A DNA stretch of 63,946 nt, filler included, from Octopus bimaculoides (lineage: Eukaryota), in the NCBI RefSeq assembly GCF_001194135.2. It is 6 parts of 4 records of this genome, joined end to end, with 100 filler letters (N's around TTAATTAATTAA, not from the genome) between each part and the next. Parts side by side here need not be neighbours in the genome. Positions count along the whole stretch, not along the records: positions 1 to 16,010 come from NC_068998.1; positions 16,111 to 41,393 come from NC_068998.1; 4 more parts are not named here. One strand, 5' to 3'. The stretch's first letter is position 1. Each line of letters begins with the position of its first letter. This document shows, one piece after another, positions 12,724 through 26,487 of the stretch. The position numbers and the translations under genes were made by a program. The notes under the pieces are model-generated. The model was given only the letters and a program-made list of their open reading frames with translations. It was not told the origin of the DNA and searched no databases.

Positions 12724-12811
12724 AGGCCAGTTTATGGGGTTAACCTGCGTTTCTCGCTCATAAGGGGTTTAGCCTTATGGCGTATCTTCAGACCCCAAAC
12801 ACAGCTGGCCT
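12724..12811 (-). ncRNA. Extended type I hammerhead-like motif with canonical core
   Basis: aggccag..ggggt-CTGAAGA-tacgccataagg[ctaaacc]ccttatgagcga-GAAA-cgcagg-tta-acccc..ctggcct. Stem I is extended with an internal loop and stem II is about 11 bp; one extra nucleotide at the cleavage site. Confidence 0.65.
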
Positions 12812-14070
12812 GTAACCTCTTTAAATATGGAGAAAGAAAAAAAAACCTCGTTTTAAAGGTAAAACTCTAGTTGATTATCTCCTTTGCCATCGATCTTCGG
12901 CCGCGCCGCCATCTTGCGGTCACCAACGCACCGCGAAGGTGAACGATTGTCTCCCTCCGACCTTGGCTAATGGTTTCCAGCTGTAGTGCCGCCCTGCAGA
13001 TTCATACATACATACATACATACATATATACATACATACATAATACATACATACATACATACATACATTATACCTGGAAGGTACCAATTTCCAGTATTCA
13101 GAGGTACTCGTTTCTGATCATCAACTGGTAAACCAAGCCTTCTTTTCTTTTAAAATTTTCACTGAATATTATTTGAAACGAAATGAAAGTTTGAAGAGAA
13201 CTTTTATCCTCATGCTGTTTTGCTTCAAAAACAACTTTGTAAATGAAACTTGCAAAAACGGCTGTTTTAAGTTCTAGTTTTTGATTTCTTTTTTGGTTCT
13301 TGTGGTAATATTATAAACGTCTTAAAATCAAATACAGGCAACGTCATGAAATTGCACTATTGTTCAAGCAATGTTTTAAAGCAATACTTTTAAGCAATAT
13401 TTTTAATTAATGTTTATTAAAAAAACAATGATTATGTACGTGCGTGTTCATTTTGCATGAGACTCTGCAGTCACATACGGATACACATATTAACACTTGC
13501 ACATACATCTATATAAACAGAATTATATATGCATGTATAGATATACACGTATGCATATATACACATACGCACACGTAGAGACGCATCAACACATTAAAAC
13601 ATATATCAATAAAATCAAATTAATTAAACATCTCGAAACCAACTTTTTTTCTGAACCAGAACGAAACACAAAGACGAATGTATTTACATAAAATATACTT
13701 AGCCACATGCATACAAGGTGCTAACAATTCAGTTCTTTTATTCAACCAGTTTCTACCTTGAGTCAAAATTCTTAAACAAAGGTCACACGGTATCTTTAAC
13801 TTGAAGCTCCCGTTCCTCTATGGTTCTGCACTATGAAAATAGACCAGGTAATTTTCGATTCATATGCCAGTCACGATAGATAATGTGCTACACCTTTTGT
13901 CGAAATTTATATGCTTCTTGCATGAAACAGGTCCTCAAGACTTGTTATAAAGAATTAAAAAATACTCTACATCTATATTAGTTTCAAATTTTGGCAGTTT
14001 TCTACATTTATATCCAGCTCTGTAATCTATCGCTTCTGGCTATTCAACATAGAAGTATATGAGTGCGTGC

Positions 14071-14118
<48 letters not shown>

Positions 14119-14768
14119 AATATATAAAGGTAAGAATCAAAGGATCAGTGTATAGCAAGTTAGTGTATAGGAAGACCGTAGAAGATATAAAAAACAACTT
14201 TCAGGAACAATGGAGATTTCTTGACGTAGAAGGTTGTAAATTTTTCCCATATCGAAGTTCGATAAACTGAAAAAGTGATGGTATAGTTCACCCTTAGCAG
14301 CTAGCGTTGCTGTATATGCGAATAAATGTATTTATAGAATACCACAAAATATTTATTTATTCTACAGTAGACCCAGTAAATGACTCCAGCCTAAATTCAC
14401 AAACTCATTCCCTTGACCAGCTTCAATAGCACCAATTTTCTCCCTACTCTCCCCACTCTCTTTTTTATTCTTTTCCTTAACAAACTTAGATATTTACCCA
14501 CTCCCATATATTATCACTTCACAAATAGGTTTTCTTTAGTTCTCTGGCTCTGTGCTTTCCAAGCATTTTCGATCAGATTTCCTGTGAGTTAACATGGAAT
14601 CCCTTGATGACATTGTAACCATCATTTGACTACGGTATCTTTGGCCTGATGAGTAGCTAGCGAATAACCCCTTGTTTGGGTAATTATTACTTCCGAGTTC
14701 CTGCTAGCTGTGAAGCATATGTAGCCTAGATCTTATCAAAGCCATTCCCTAAATGTGGGTTATATATA

Positions 14769-15916
14769 TACGAGGGGCTATCCAAAAGTAACCGGAAACG
14801 TTCTCTATGGGACAAACCTGTGGTAGTTCAGGCTTTACCGATAGGATCCACTTGATGCGACCTTTAGGCATCAGTCTGCCGACCGGCGTAGTTACGTGCG
14901 GGTGGTATTGCCACGTGGTGCGTCTTTGTTTTGCAGTGCTTCTCCCCTGTTTGTCGATTTTGCGAAGGCTAAAATGAAAGAAGAGCGTGCTTCCGCGAAA
15001 TTCTGTTTTCTGCTGAGGAAAATGGCGGTCGAAACAGTTGTCGTGCATCTAACAGCTTATAAGGACGCTGCTATGAGCAAAACACAAGATTATGAGTGGA
15101 TTTCACGCTTTAGAAATGGACACCTGTCGGCGAGCTAGCAGAAACGTTAGCACGCCGGGCAAAATGCTTAGCGGTATTTCGGCTGTCGTTACATTCTGAG
15201 TTCAAATTCCGCCGAGGTAGACTTTACCTTTCATCTTTCGGGGTCGATAAATTAAGTACCAGTTACGCACTGGTTCGATGTGATTGACTTAATCCCTTTA
15301 TCTGTCCTTATTTATCCCCTCTATGTTTAGCCCCTTGTGGGCAATAAAGAAATAAGAAATGGACACTTATTGCTTGAAAACCCACCTCGATTAGGACGAC
15401 CGGCGATCTTCCGAACGAATCAAAATATGAAAATTCATGAAGTGATCTTGGAGGACCATCACAAAATAATTGACGAACTTGGTGATATGACTGGTGTGTC
15501 TTGGAGCTCCTGCCAAAGAATTTTGAGCGAGGATTTGCGAATGAAAATAGTCGCAGCAAATTCTGTCTCTCGCTTGCTCAAGGAAGACCAAAAGAATTCA
15601 CAACTGAATGCGTGTTGTGAACTGAAAGACCATTTGGAAGTTGATCCGGACCTTTTATCGAAGGTCATCACTGGTGACGAACGTTAGTGCTACGGAATTT
15701 GCAGATGAGGAAGAGGTGAAGAAAAAAACGACAGAGGTGTTGAAAGGCATCGCTTCGCAAGAGTCCCTGCACTGCATCAAAAAGTGGGAAACGCGACTGG
15801 ACAGATATATTGCTTCAAGTGCAGAATACTTTGAAGGCGATAAAAGTGTAAACATGTAAAACTAAGTGAATAAAATAATATCGCAAAATTCCGGTTTCTT
15901 TTGGGTACCCCTCGTA
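14769..15916 (+). mobile_element. Mariner transposon, internally deleted, interrupted by a SINE
   Basis: TA-flanked TIRs cgaggggctatccaaaagtaaccggaa / ttccggtttcttttgggtacccctcg. Transposase remnants KFCFLLRK..YEWISRFRNGH, GRP..VITGDE and DRYIASSAEYFEGD. Confidence 0.92.
15124..15360 (+). mobile_element. SINE family A inserted in the mariner transposase
   Basis: Flanking duplication AGAAATGGACAC at 15112-15123 and 15355-15366. Confidence 0.9.
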
Positions 15917-16010
15917 TGTATATATGCATATATATACACAGAGAGAGAGAGACAGAGAGACAGAGAAAGAGAAAATGTGAGTTGTGTGTACATGTATACT
16001 TATATGTGTG

Positions 16011-16110
16011 NNNNNNNNNNNNNNNNNNNNNNNNNNNNNNNNNNNNNNNNNNNNTTAATTAATTAANNNNNNNNNNNNNNNNNNNNNNNNNNNNNNNNNN
16101 NNNNNNNNNN
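16011..16110. other. Artificial assembly spacer N44-TTAATTAATTAA-N44 (also 41394-41493, 51309-51408, 57928-58027, 60372-60471)
   Basis: Identical 100-bp structure five times; the 12-mer gives stops in all six frames. Confidence 0.95.
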
Positions 16111-18059
16111 ATATATATATATATATATAATACAAATAATATGTGAGTAAATGCATATATACGTACATGTATGTACATACCTACATCTAAATGTATATGT
16201 AGATGCATATATGGGTAGAGGACATCACAAAGAAACGTGGACAAAATGAAAGATGAGAACATAAATAGAGTGCAGAAAGCAAACTTTTTGGGGGACAATG
16301 TTAGGAACACACAGGAAAACAGACAGGCCACNNNNNNNNNNACAGACAGGCCACATAGAGAACATTTCCTTCATCAGCTGCCCCTATTCTAACCAGCACT
16401 GCTCGGGATTAAAATGGCATATTTTGTACATGTATAACAGTTATGTTGAAACATGTGATACGGGGAAGTGCAACATTGATGATAGAACATAAGTGGAGTA
16501 AATGATGGGCTAATTCAACTAAGTGGCATGTCACGCATCCATATGGAGGATTCCATATGGAAAATTGTCATGAAAAATTTGCAGTAGGTGGGTATGTGAC
16601 TTTTGAACTCACCAAATGCTGGTGCTGAAACTACCATGACCCATCATATGGTTGACAGTCAAATGAGTGTAAATGTAACGGAGGTATTGTATGTAAATGA
16701 ATACATTCCAGAAAGGGACTGCAATGAGAGACAGCAACAGTGACTTTTTTGATGCCGGAGAGCAAAGTTCAGTTAGGAATCATGCCAATACAGTGCCTTG
16801 CAACAACTGTTGTCCCATTAAGTCCATGCATTTTAGAAACTGTTGTTTATAATGTAAAACTTTATCCTTGATAATGCTAGTTGACTTATTTATTGTATTG
16901 AGACTTAATTGCCCTGATACTTCCCTTTATGTGTGTGTGTTTTATATATATATATATATATATATNNNNNNNNNNNNNNNNNNNNNNNNNNNNNNNNNNN
17001 NNNNNNNNNNNNNNNNNNNNNNNNNNNNNNNNNNNNNNNNNNNNNNNNNNNNNNNNNNNNNNNNNNNNNNNNNNNNNNNNNNNNNNNNNNNNNNNNNNNN
17101 NNNNNNNNNNNNNNNNNNNNNNNNNNNNNNNNNNNNNNNNNNNNNNNNNNNNNNNNNNNNNNNNNNNNNNNNNNNNNNNNNNNNNNNNNNNNNNNNNNNN
17201 NNNNNNNNNNNNNNNNNNNNNNNNNNNNNNNNNNNNNNNNNNNNNNNNNNNNNNNNNNNNNNNNNNNNNNNNNNNNNNNNNNNNNNNNNNNNNNNNNNNN
17301 NNNNNNNNNNNNNNNNNNNNNNNNNNNNNNNNNNNNNNNNNNNNNNNNNNNNNNNNNNNNNNNNNNNNNNNNNNNNNNNNNNNNNNNNNNNNNNNNNNNN
17401 NNNNNNNNNNNNNNNNNNNNNNNNNNNNNNNNNNNNNNNNNNNNNNNNNNNNNNNNNNNNNNNNNNNNNNNNNNNNNNNNNNNNNNNNNNNNNNNNNNNN
17501 NNNNNNNNNNNNNNNNNNNNNNNNNNNNNNNNNNNNNNNNNNNNNNNNNNNNNNNNNNNNNNNNNNNNNNNNNNNNNNNNNNNNNNNNNNNNNNNNNNNN
17601 NNNNNNNNNNNNNNNNNNNNNNNNNNNNNNNNNNNNNNNNNNNNNNNNNNNNNNNNNNNNNNNNNNNNNNNNNNNNNNNNNNNNNNNNNNNNNNNNNNNN
17701 NNNNNNNNNNNNNNNNNNNNNNNNNNNNNNNNNNNNNNNNNNNNNNNNNNNNNNNNNNNNNNNNNNNNNNNNNNNNNNNNNNNNNNNNNNNNNNNNNNNN
17801 NNNTATATATATATATATATATATGTATAAATATATATACAGATATACATATATGTGTGTGTGTCTGTATATATATATATATACATGGTCTGATGGGTAA
17901 ATTGTCACCATTTTATATTTTTAATTTCATGCATGCGTATTGTTTGTTTTTGATTTTGTTGGCTTCACAGTATGGTAGGGGCAGCTGGGAACTGTCTATG
18001 AAAGAAACAGCACCATGATGCAATTTACTCTGCCAGAAATTTGGGAACAACATGCTGAA

Positions 18060-18770
18060 CTGCTTGGCACTGCGGCAGAAGCTCCAATACAAAAAGATGA
18101 ACACACAGAACAACCATTGGCTTGTGGTGTCCCCAAAACATGTACCAAGAGTGATAAAGATCAAACATCCAGTCACCATCATGGTGTTTGGAGTGTTCAC
18201 TAGTGATGGTGACGTTATTCCTCCATTCATTTCGCCACATGGCCTTAGACTCAGCATAGAGGCCTACATCAAGTGCCTGGAGAAGGTAGTGCTCCCTTAG
18301 GTCAAGAGGGTGGCTGCTGGAAGACCCTATGCCTGGCAACAGGATTTTGCACCATGCCACACAAGCAGGGGAACCCAGTCATGGCTGTCAGACAATTTCT
18401 GCAACCACATCATCCCTAACATCTGGCCACCTAACTCACCAGACTGCAACCCCCTTGATTATAATGTATGGGATGCAGTTGAGCAAGAGACCAACAAAAC
18501 TCCTAGTAACGCCAAAGATGAATTGAAGGCAAAGAATATGGCAGCATTCTCCAACTTAAACAAGGAGACCATTCAGAAGAACTGCAAGTGATTCCGAAGT
18601 CATCTGGAAGCCATGTTTGAAGCCAATGGCTATTTTATTGAAAAAATTTACTCTTTAATATTTCAAGATATTTTTATGTGATTTTGGTAAATATATCAGT
18701 TAAAATGAGATGTTAATACTATTTTCATTTTTGCATAATTTAGACAACAATATATTCACTGCATCCTGTA
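18060..18770 (+). mobile_element. maT/Bmmar1-type (DD37D) Tc1/mariner transposon, 3' part
   Basis: IMVFGVFTSDG..WQQDFAPCHTS..WPPNSPDCNPLDY, with 37 residues between the two Asp; right end ...gcatcctg-TA. Confidence 0.9.
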
Positions 18771-19674
18771 TATGTTAATATTTATACATAGGCTGTACTA
18801 TTAGATATTACACAAAGTGTTTCACATAATATGTAGGCTGGGAGTGAGAGATCTATTCTTGAACTGTGTAATGCTGTAAGGTCAAGTGTCATCTTTATGA
18901 TTTTGCTAATATTTTTTTTTACCCTACTAAGTACTCCACTTATCATTGGTACTGATTTCACTGTGTGCCTCTCATCCCCTTTCTTCCAAATTCATGGTCC
19001 TTGTATTTTGAAGGATGATGATGATGATGGAGATCATAATAGTGGTGATAGTGTTGATAGTGGTAGTCAATCATCATCATCATCATCATCATTGTGCTTG
19101 TTGTTATTGTAGGGCACTGTATTGACAGAAGCATTACATACTGAGTTCATATCCTTCTGAAGAGAAATCTTCTCACTGTAAAATTATTGGCCTTGTGCTT
19201 AAAACAGAAACAAATATTATTAATGTTTGTGTAGATGTTGATATTTTTGTCTCAATAAATACTCTAAATTTGATATTTGCTTCAATTTGATCAAATCCAT
19301 TTCAATATAGAACAAATTATGATAAACGATTTCTGAAAAATATTTTCTTCATTATTAAAAAAATGAAAGACACATTACTGGTTATGCATTGCGCAAGATT
19401 TATTACATCTAAAGTAAAACAAATAAAGTGAGTTTGAATCAGTCACATTAAATTCTTAACACATTGTTTCATATTACATATACACATGATATGCACACCT
19501 ACATCCATATGCACAAACTCAACATTCCACATGCACAACATATTTTCTGTCATATATAAATATAAATGCGTGTGTATGTGTGTATAAATACACATGCATG
19601 TATTAATTTATAATTGTAAATATGTGTTTTTGCAAACACACACACACACATATTTATATACATACATACATACA

Positions 19675-19710
<36 letters not shown>

Positions 19711-20192
19711 TATGCATGTATGTATATAGAAATGTTGTAATTTCTAAATCTCTCTAAAGGAAAGATACAGCAGCAGTACCGAGTATGATATTTATTGCCA
19801 AACTAAAGTGGCAATCCATAGAAATAGAATGAACGCTGCTGTTGATTAGCTCCGAGAGGCGATCGCCTCTAGCTAGCTGTATGATGCACAAACCTGCGTC
19901 CATAAACCTTAAAATAGGGTAGATCAAGGGAACAGCTTTCTCGTGAGATTAACATGCAAGTAGCTGAGTACTCCACAGACAAGCGTACCCATTCAAGGGG
20001 ATTCATTCAGTATGACACAGAGAGCGACAAGGCCCCTTGAAATACAGGTACTACTCATTTTTGTCAGCTGAGTGTCTCGCTCAAGGACACTACATGCTGC
20101 TGGGAATCAAATACATGACTCTACGATCGTGAGCCAAATACCTTAATCCCTAAGTCACACACCTCTCATACATACACAACACACACACATGC

Positions 20193-20235
<43 letters not shown>

Positions 20236-23060
20236 GTATGTACACCCTTTTTATTGAGATTTTGTGATTGAAAATTCTGCATTTGGAAAAATATTTCTCA
20301 ATAGTGAAATTAACCAGAGACAGAAATCTTTCACCCAACACACCACCATCATTATCATCATTTTACAACTGTTTAATTAATTAATATAATTTTAATGATG
20401 TTGCCTTGACCACTTGTCATGGTCTTCGTTGTCTGATACTCGTAGTAACTGATAGAAACGTACAATCTTTATAGTTATATACGTTATGTTATTTTTGTGC
20501 AAGATTTTTACCACCCCACAGGCACAACAACGGTTGTCTCCATTGAGGACATTTGAAGGTTTCCTTTATACTGTGTTGTCTTCATTTGTTCCTTCCCCTT
20601 TGGGATTTTTTAACAGTTAGATGCCCTTTCTAACACCAATCAGTTTACAGCTGATATAAGGAAAGATGTCACTGATGATGCTAAAGAAGCCCATCTACCC
20701 TATGTAAATATATGTATATAATCTATGCGTGTATATAATGTTAATAATTGGTAGTCTGAGTTTCACCTTATTTAAAGTTTTGTAGGCACAGAAAACACAT
20801 CCACATCTAACGATGAAGAGCTGATTTAGCCTATAATTGACTACACACAACTCCAAGTAAATGTCTTGTGTGTAACTGTCTTTTATTTGTTCAGTTATTC
20901 ATGTGTGTGTGTGTGTGTGTGCCTGTGTGTGTTTGTGTGTGTGTGTGTGTCTTTTACTAGTTTCAGTCATTAGATTGTGACCATGCTGGGGCACCACCTT
21001 GAGGGGTTAAGTGGAACAAATCAACCCTTATACTTATTTTTTTATCAAGCTTGGTACTTATTCTATCAGTCTCTTTTTGCCAAACAACTAAGTTACAGGG
21101 ATGTAAACAAAACATTACTGGTTGTCAAGTGGTGATGGTGGGAACAAACAGAAATGCAAAGACTCACATACATAGATTATATATATCATGGGTTTCTTTC
21201 AGTTTCCATCAACCAATGGGAGGCAAACTTTGTAGCACACAGCCATGCTTGTGCAATGAATATCTTTGATTAATTTCATCTTTAGAGATGAAAGATGTTT
21301 TAATATTTAAATCTTCACAGATATTATGAGGTTAAAGGACTGAGACATTATAATCATATGATTACAGAATGTTAATACACTTGATTATTACTTTTCGTAT
21401 CAATTTCTTCTGGAGAATGGTGATGTACCCATAGCACTCACAGGCTTCCAGAAGTAATAAAGTCAACATGGTTAATGTTTCTGCCTAATTGCAACTTGAT
21501 CACTGATAATGGAAAATAAACAACAAAAGCTAAATAAATAAATATAAATAAAAAAAACAATGTACTGAATGAGAATTTGTGGAAAGACATTTTGGTAAGA
21601 AAGGATGGATAAGAAGAATCAAATGATGATGAGCTATTTTAGGTTTGAATTTATGAAAGTACATGTGAAAGTAAACTGAAATTGTTTTGATTTGATTTTC
21701 ACCGAAAAGCCACATTTATATAAAACTAATCTGTATTTTTAGTTTATCACAAAAATATAGTCATGGAACATACTGTCTGAGAAAGTGTTGCCATTTTCTA
21801 AAATAAATATTTACAAAACTAATGATTCCTTTAAAATAACACATAAGCTGAGAAAATATATATAAGTGCATAACTATGTTATAAACAAAGTGCTAAACTT
21901 ACTTGAATTAACAAAATTAAACAATTTCTAAAGGGAATTTGAACTTCCTTATACATGTGCGGGGCAATAACTTGTGACTGGCTTTGTCGTTGTCATTTGT
22001 TGGGTGATGTTGGTTGGAGTAACATGGATAGAACAAAATGAGTTTGAGGAGAAGGGGTGATATTGTATCAATGTAAAAGCTATAAAAGTCGAATTTGAAA
22101 GAATACATAGACATTCTTTTAGATTTGGCTTTCAGATTAGATTCAGAGGTTGTATCTTCCCCTGTAGTCTTCTAAGTGTTAAAGTTTGTTGTCTGATAGG
22201 ATTAACTCTGTTGCTACTAACTCGACTAAGACTGCCTCTGGTTATAACAATTTTATTTTTCTAACAATTTTATTTTAAGATGTTCATAATTACATTCAAA
22301 CCTTCTATCATAATTTTATAAAAGAATAATTTGTTAAGCTATGTTAAGCATCTTTATAACAAAAAAGTTATTTCTTTTCCATAGCAAAAGAAATAACTTT
22401 TTCATTATAAAGATGCTTAAATTCTTGACTATTTTCACAATTAGTTTTAAAACATAGACAGTATATTTCAAGAGAAATATAGCAAAAAAGAACTAAAGAG
22501 AGAAATGATTTACAGAGGTGTTTGTTTTATACATGATATACATGTTTATGCAGCTGTGTTTTGTGGCCCACTGTTGCAGTAAGATAGAATTAGTGATTCA
22601 CCATTTGATAAAAACAGCATTTATATTTCCTCACTAAAATTGCAATTATTTCATGTCTGACAAACAATAGACTACTTACTCTCATTAGCTTTATTATATT
22701 CCATCTGCATGATACCAACCATTGTATTAAATCTCCTACAGGCAGCTTCTCGGTCAAAGCAATAATCAACAATGCAAAATATCTTTTAGCATTATGAGAA
22801 AATTACATGAGAATTGACTTATGTACACACACAAACATTTTCATTTATGCATACAAACGTGATACTAACAATCACATTAATATATCAATGTATTTATATA
22901 TGTTTCCATATTTTGAAAAATGCACAGATACACACCAACATAATATATATATATATCCATATATATATATATAATCTATACTCTAAAATTTGTATATACT
23001 AATACACATTCACACACATGTGCATGCATGTATACATACATAAGCATACATGTAGACACA

Positions 23061-23115
<55 letters not shown>

Positions 23116-23747
23116 TGCCTTGTCCCAGAAATCTATCTATGGCATAATTTTTTTTCCTTGCGCCTTTTCATTTCATTTAACCTTCTGCTGGTCATTTCTG
23201 ATCATAATTAATTATCAGGTGATGGATGAACTCCCTCTTACTAACTGTAGAGTATAATCTAGAATCCTTGTGAGCTGGTTATGAGCAATATTAGTTTAAA
23301 AAATGTTTCACAAGTTCTATAGACACTAAGAGTGAAAAGTGCCAGTTTTATGCTTATTTAGTTAGGGCACGTTACATGATGAAAGCAGGGCAGGGGTCAG
23401 CAACCTTTTCTGAAGTAGCCATATTAGGGATGACTGATAACAAATAAAGGCTGATAAAAAATAAAATTATAGCCCTACAAGGCTATATAGAAACAGCCTT
23501 TTTAAAAGTTTTGAAATTTCAGCAGTTGCAATGGTAGATTTGCTACACATTAAATAATGTGAAAATCAGTATGTACCATATATGACATTGCATGCCATGA
23601 AGAGTTAAAACAGTTTTAGTCAGGCCAAATGGGGATGACTGAATTTCAGATTATATGTGGTCCCAGCCAGTTTACATGTTTTCTCAACGGACAAATTAAC
23701 ACATTTTGTCACTTCTGCTTTTCTTAGAACCAATGATTCATGTAAAT

Positions 23748-24004
23748 CAGTGGTTCTTAACTGGGGTCCTTATGATTTTTGAGGGTCCATGTAGGATTTT
23801 GTTCTTAAAGTTTATGTGCAATAAATTGGTTACACTTCTACAATACTCAAAATATTTTAGCAATAATTTTTACACAATTCTTAGCAATATTTAATTATAA
23901 AGAGACAACAGGACTTTTTTAAACATTGAATGGCTATGAGGATTCACCTGAGTAAAAGAGGAATCAAAGGGATCCATAGGTAAAAAAATGGTTGAGAACT
24001 ATAT
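23748..24004. mobile_element. hAT (Charlie-like) MITE
   Basis: Ends cagtggttcttaac / gttgagaacta; a similar element lies at about 24392-24909 (cagtgtttctca / ttaagaaccact). Confidence 0.6.
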
Positions 24005-25039
24005 TGTGAGAGTATCATGAAGACTTTTACTGCTTAAAATATTACTAGAATAATGGAGGGAAGGTGGAAACAGTCAGTACCACAGGTGAAGGAAAAGGAA
24101 ATATTCAAGAGATATTCTGTGTAAATAAAGGAGAGATAAAGAACCATCATATTAAGAATGATATTTAAAGTTTTTTAACTAAATAACAAAGTTGTAATTT
24201 GTTGAAAAGTGATTTGATCTGAGACTGTGTTGAAATTCAATCAGTTATTTTGCAGTATTAATACATTCTAGCATGCTTGCTTGTTAATATTATTCTTCAA
24301 CCCTAGGTCACCGCTTATGAATAGACCAAAAGCAAGAGGTATTACAGTTATGATATTGCACATCTTTAATTTCACCTTTGTGCATCTAGAGCAGTGTTTC
24401 TCAGTCCTTTTGACTTCATGGTACACTGGAGATCTGGCAAAATATTACTGCTGCACATCACATGGAAAATTTAAAAACAAAAATGTCTTCATGTGAAAAC
24501 AGAAGAAAATTATAGAATACTATTGTTTACTTTGTGTTACTAATCATTTTTGTGTGTAACAAAATTATAAACATGTTTTTCAAGATGCTCAAGTATTAAC
24601 ATAGATATTCTAAAGCTTTACTCCCTTTGTTACTATATTTAAGTTGAAATACAATTCCTTGGTTTCAATTAATCTAGAAAATAATAAAGAATTTAATAAA
24701 ATAACTTTGTCATTATTAAGCTGGCATTTGGCACATAAATCAACATGAAATTTTAATGCATGGTTTTAATTTAGTTCACTTTAAAACAAGGAATCTGTAT
24801 GATAGAACCAGAGGTGGTCTTTGGTGGGTTAAGTAACAGAAAGATTAAATAATAGTTTTAAAATGTTATGTACACTTGTATAGTGAGATGCAGTGTTTAA
24901 GAACCACTACCTAAGACTATATTATCTATAGTGTCCTACTGCTTTTTATGATGCTAAAGGTGATTTGTAGGAGATATGGCTGCTCTTTCTAACAAAACAA
25001 GTGACAAGTTGAGGCACTCATATTGGTTTCAAATTTTGG

Positions 25040-25245
25040 TACAAGGCCAGCAATTAAGGGGGAGGGGTTAAGTATATTACATTGACCCCAGTGCTTAACT
25101 GGCACCTATTTTATCGATCCTGAAAGGATGAAAGGTAAAGTCAACCTAGGTAGGTAAAACTTGAACTCAAAGTGTAAGGACAGGTGAAATGCTGTGAAGA
25201 ATTTTTCCTGGCATGCTAATGATTCTGCTAACTCACCATCTTAAT
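25040..25245 (-). mobile_element. SINE family A, CpG-decayed
   Basis: Reverse complement of the family consensus seen at 8034. Confidence 0.8.
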
Positions 25246-26196
25246 AGAGACACTCATATTAGCATGTGTAAAGTGGTATTAAGTACATAGTCACTAAAAT
25301 ACTTGGAAGTCTTTTCTGATTTATTCTTTCATGTTCCGGACAGCTTTCAGACATAAGGTTTTCTTCTATTTTTTCTCATCAGTTGATATCAGGTGGTTGT
25401 GGCAACAAAATGCAATGAAATATATTAGAGTGTGCACAAACATATTAAGACATAAATGCATACACCTTTACACAAATTCATACTTACATGCTCAGACACA
25501 CAAATTATACTTAACTTGCTACATCATACTGGCATATGTACATAATCTGACTAACAGGGGTTTAAGAAGCAGAGATTTCAAAACACCAGCATTAAACTGG
25601 GCGATATAAAGAAGACCAAGGTTTGTATACAACATGCATGAATGTATACTGGTGCTTAATGCTGCTCAGAGAGACTTAACACAAGGCAATGTGATTGTGA
25701 GGCAAACTTCTTAACTAGTCACCTATGCCTGCACCTGTGTGTGTGAGTGTGCTTGTGTGTGTAACATATGCATAAGTACTGACAAAAAGGTTAAAAAATA
25801 CTAAGGGCTGGGGGGAAAGATACTTAAGGCTATAAAAAACTGGCATTTCACATTTAGTAATTTGGATTTCATACTCCCAATCGTCAGACTGAATACAAAA
25901 AGCCTTTAAATACATGTGTGTTTGTGTGTGAGAGAGAGAGGGTGCACGATTGGGGGGGGGGGAATGAAGCAAAACCTGAAAATGAACACAGCTGAAACTG
26001 CCAGGAAGTCTTCCTTTTATCAGCTAACCAGACAAGGGATTTGCAGTTTCTGCATTAAGGATGGAACTACCTAACCAAAGCCCATCAGCTTTAAATAATG
26101 AGCGGTCCATTGAAGACAATAGAAAGAAGAACCAAAAAATTATATACATTATTTACATTATTTACATTTGACAGATATTTGCCATCTTTTTTATTG

Positions 26197-26243
26197 TTAA
26201 CACGTTTCAGCTGATTTACTCTCCAGCCTTCATCAGGTGTCTT
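26197..26243 (-). ncRNA. Minimal hammerhead-like motif in a PLE-type repeat (extra A after A9)
   Basis: gacac-CTGATGA-a-GGCTG-gagagtaaat-CAGCT-GAAA-c-gtgtt; the stem III/cleavage region looks partly deleted. Confidence 0.55.
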
Positions 26244-26442
26244 GGGGAAATTTCGAACCTGGGTTCTCATTCCTAAGGTATTTTTTGATAATGTAATAAA
26301 TGAGATAGGGAAGTACTCAATACACATATATTTGAAAATTCCAGGGCAATCACTACTTTATGTTTCTCACTTTATTACATTTATCAAAGTTACTAGAGAA
26401 ACCTAACAGTAACTCTGAGAAACTTTGAGTAGTAATGCCATG

Positions 26443-26487
<45 letters not shown>

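Noticed and set aside
14062-14117. (CG)n(TG)n Z-DNA-prone tract (also 1330-1390)
   Set aside because: Such tracts are ubiquitous in this window; nothing specific supports a function.
14655-14695. ggcCTGATGAgtagctagcGAATAAccc hammerhead-like string
   Set aside because: GAAA is disrupted and stems I and III cannot be formed convincingly.
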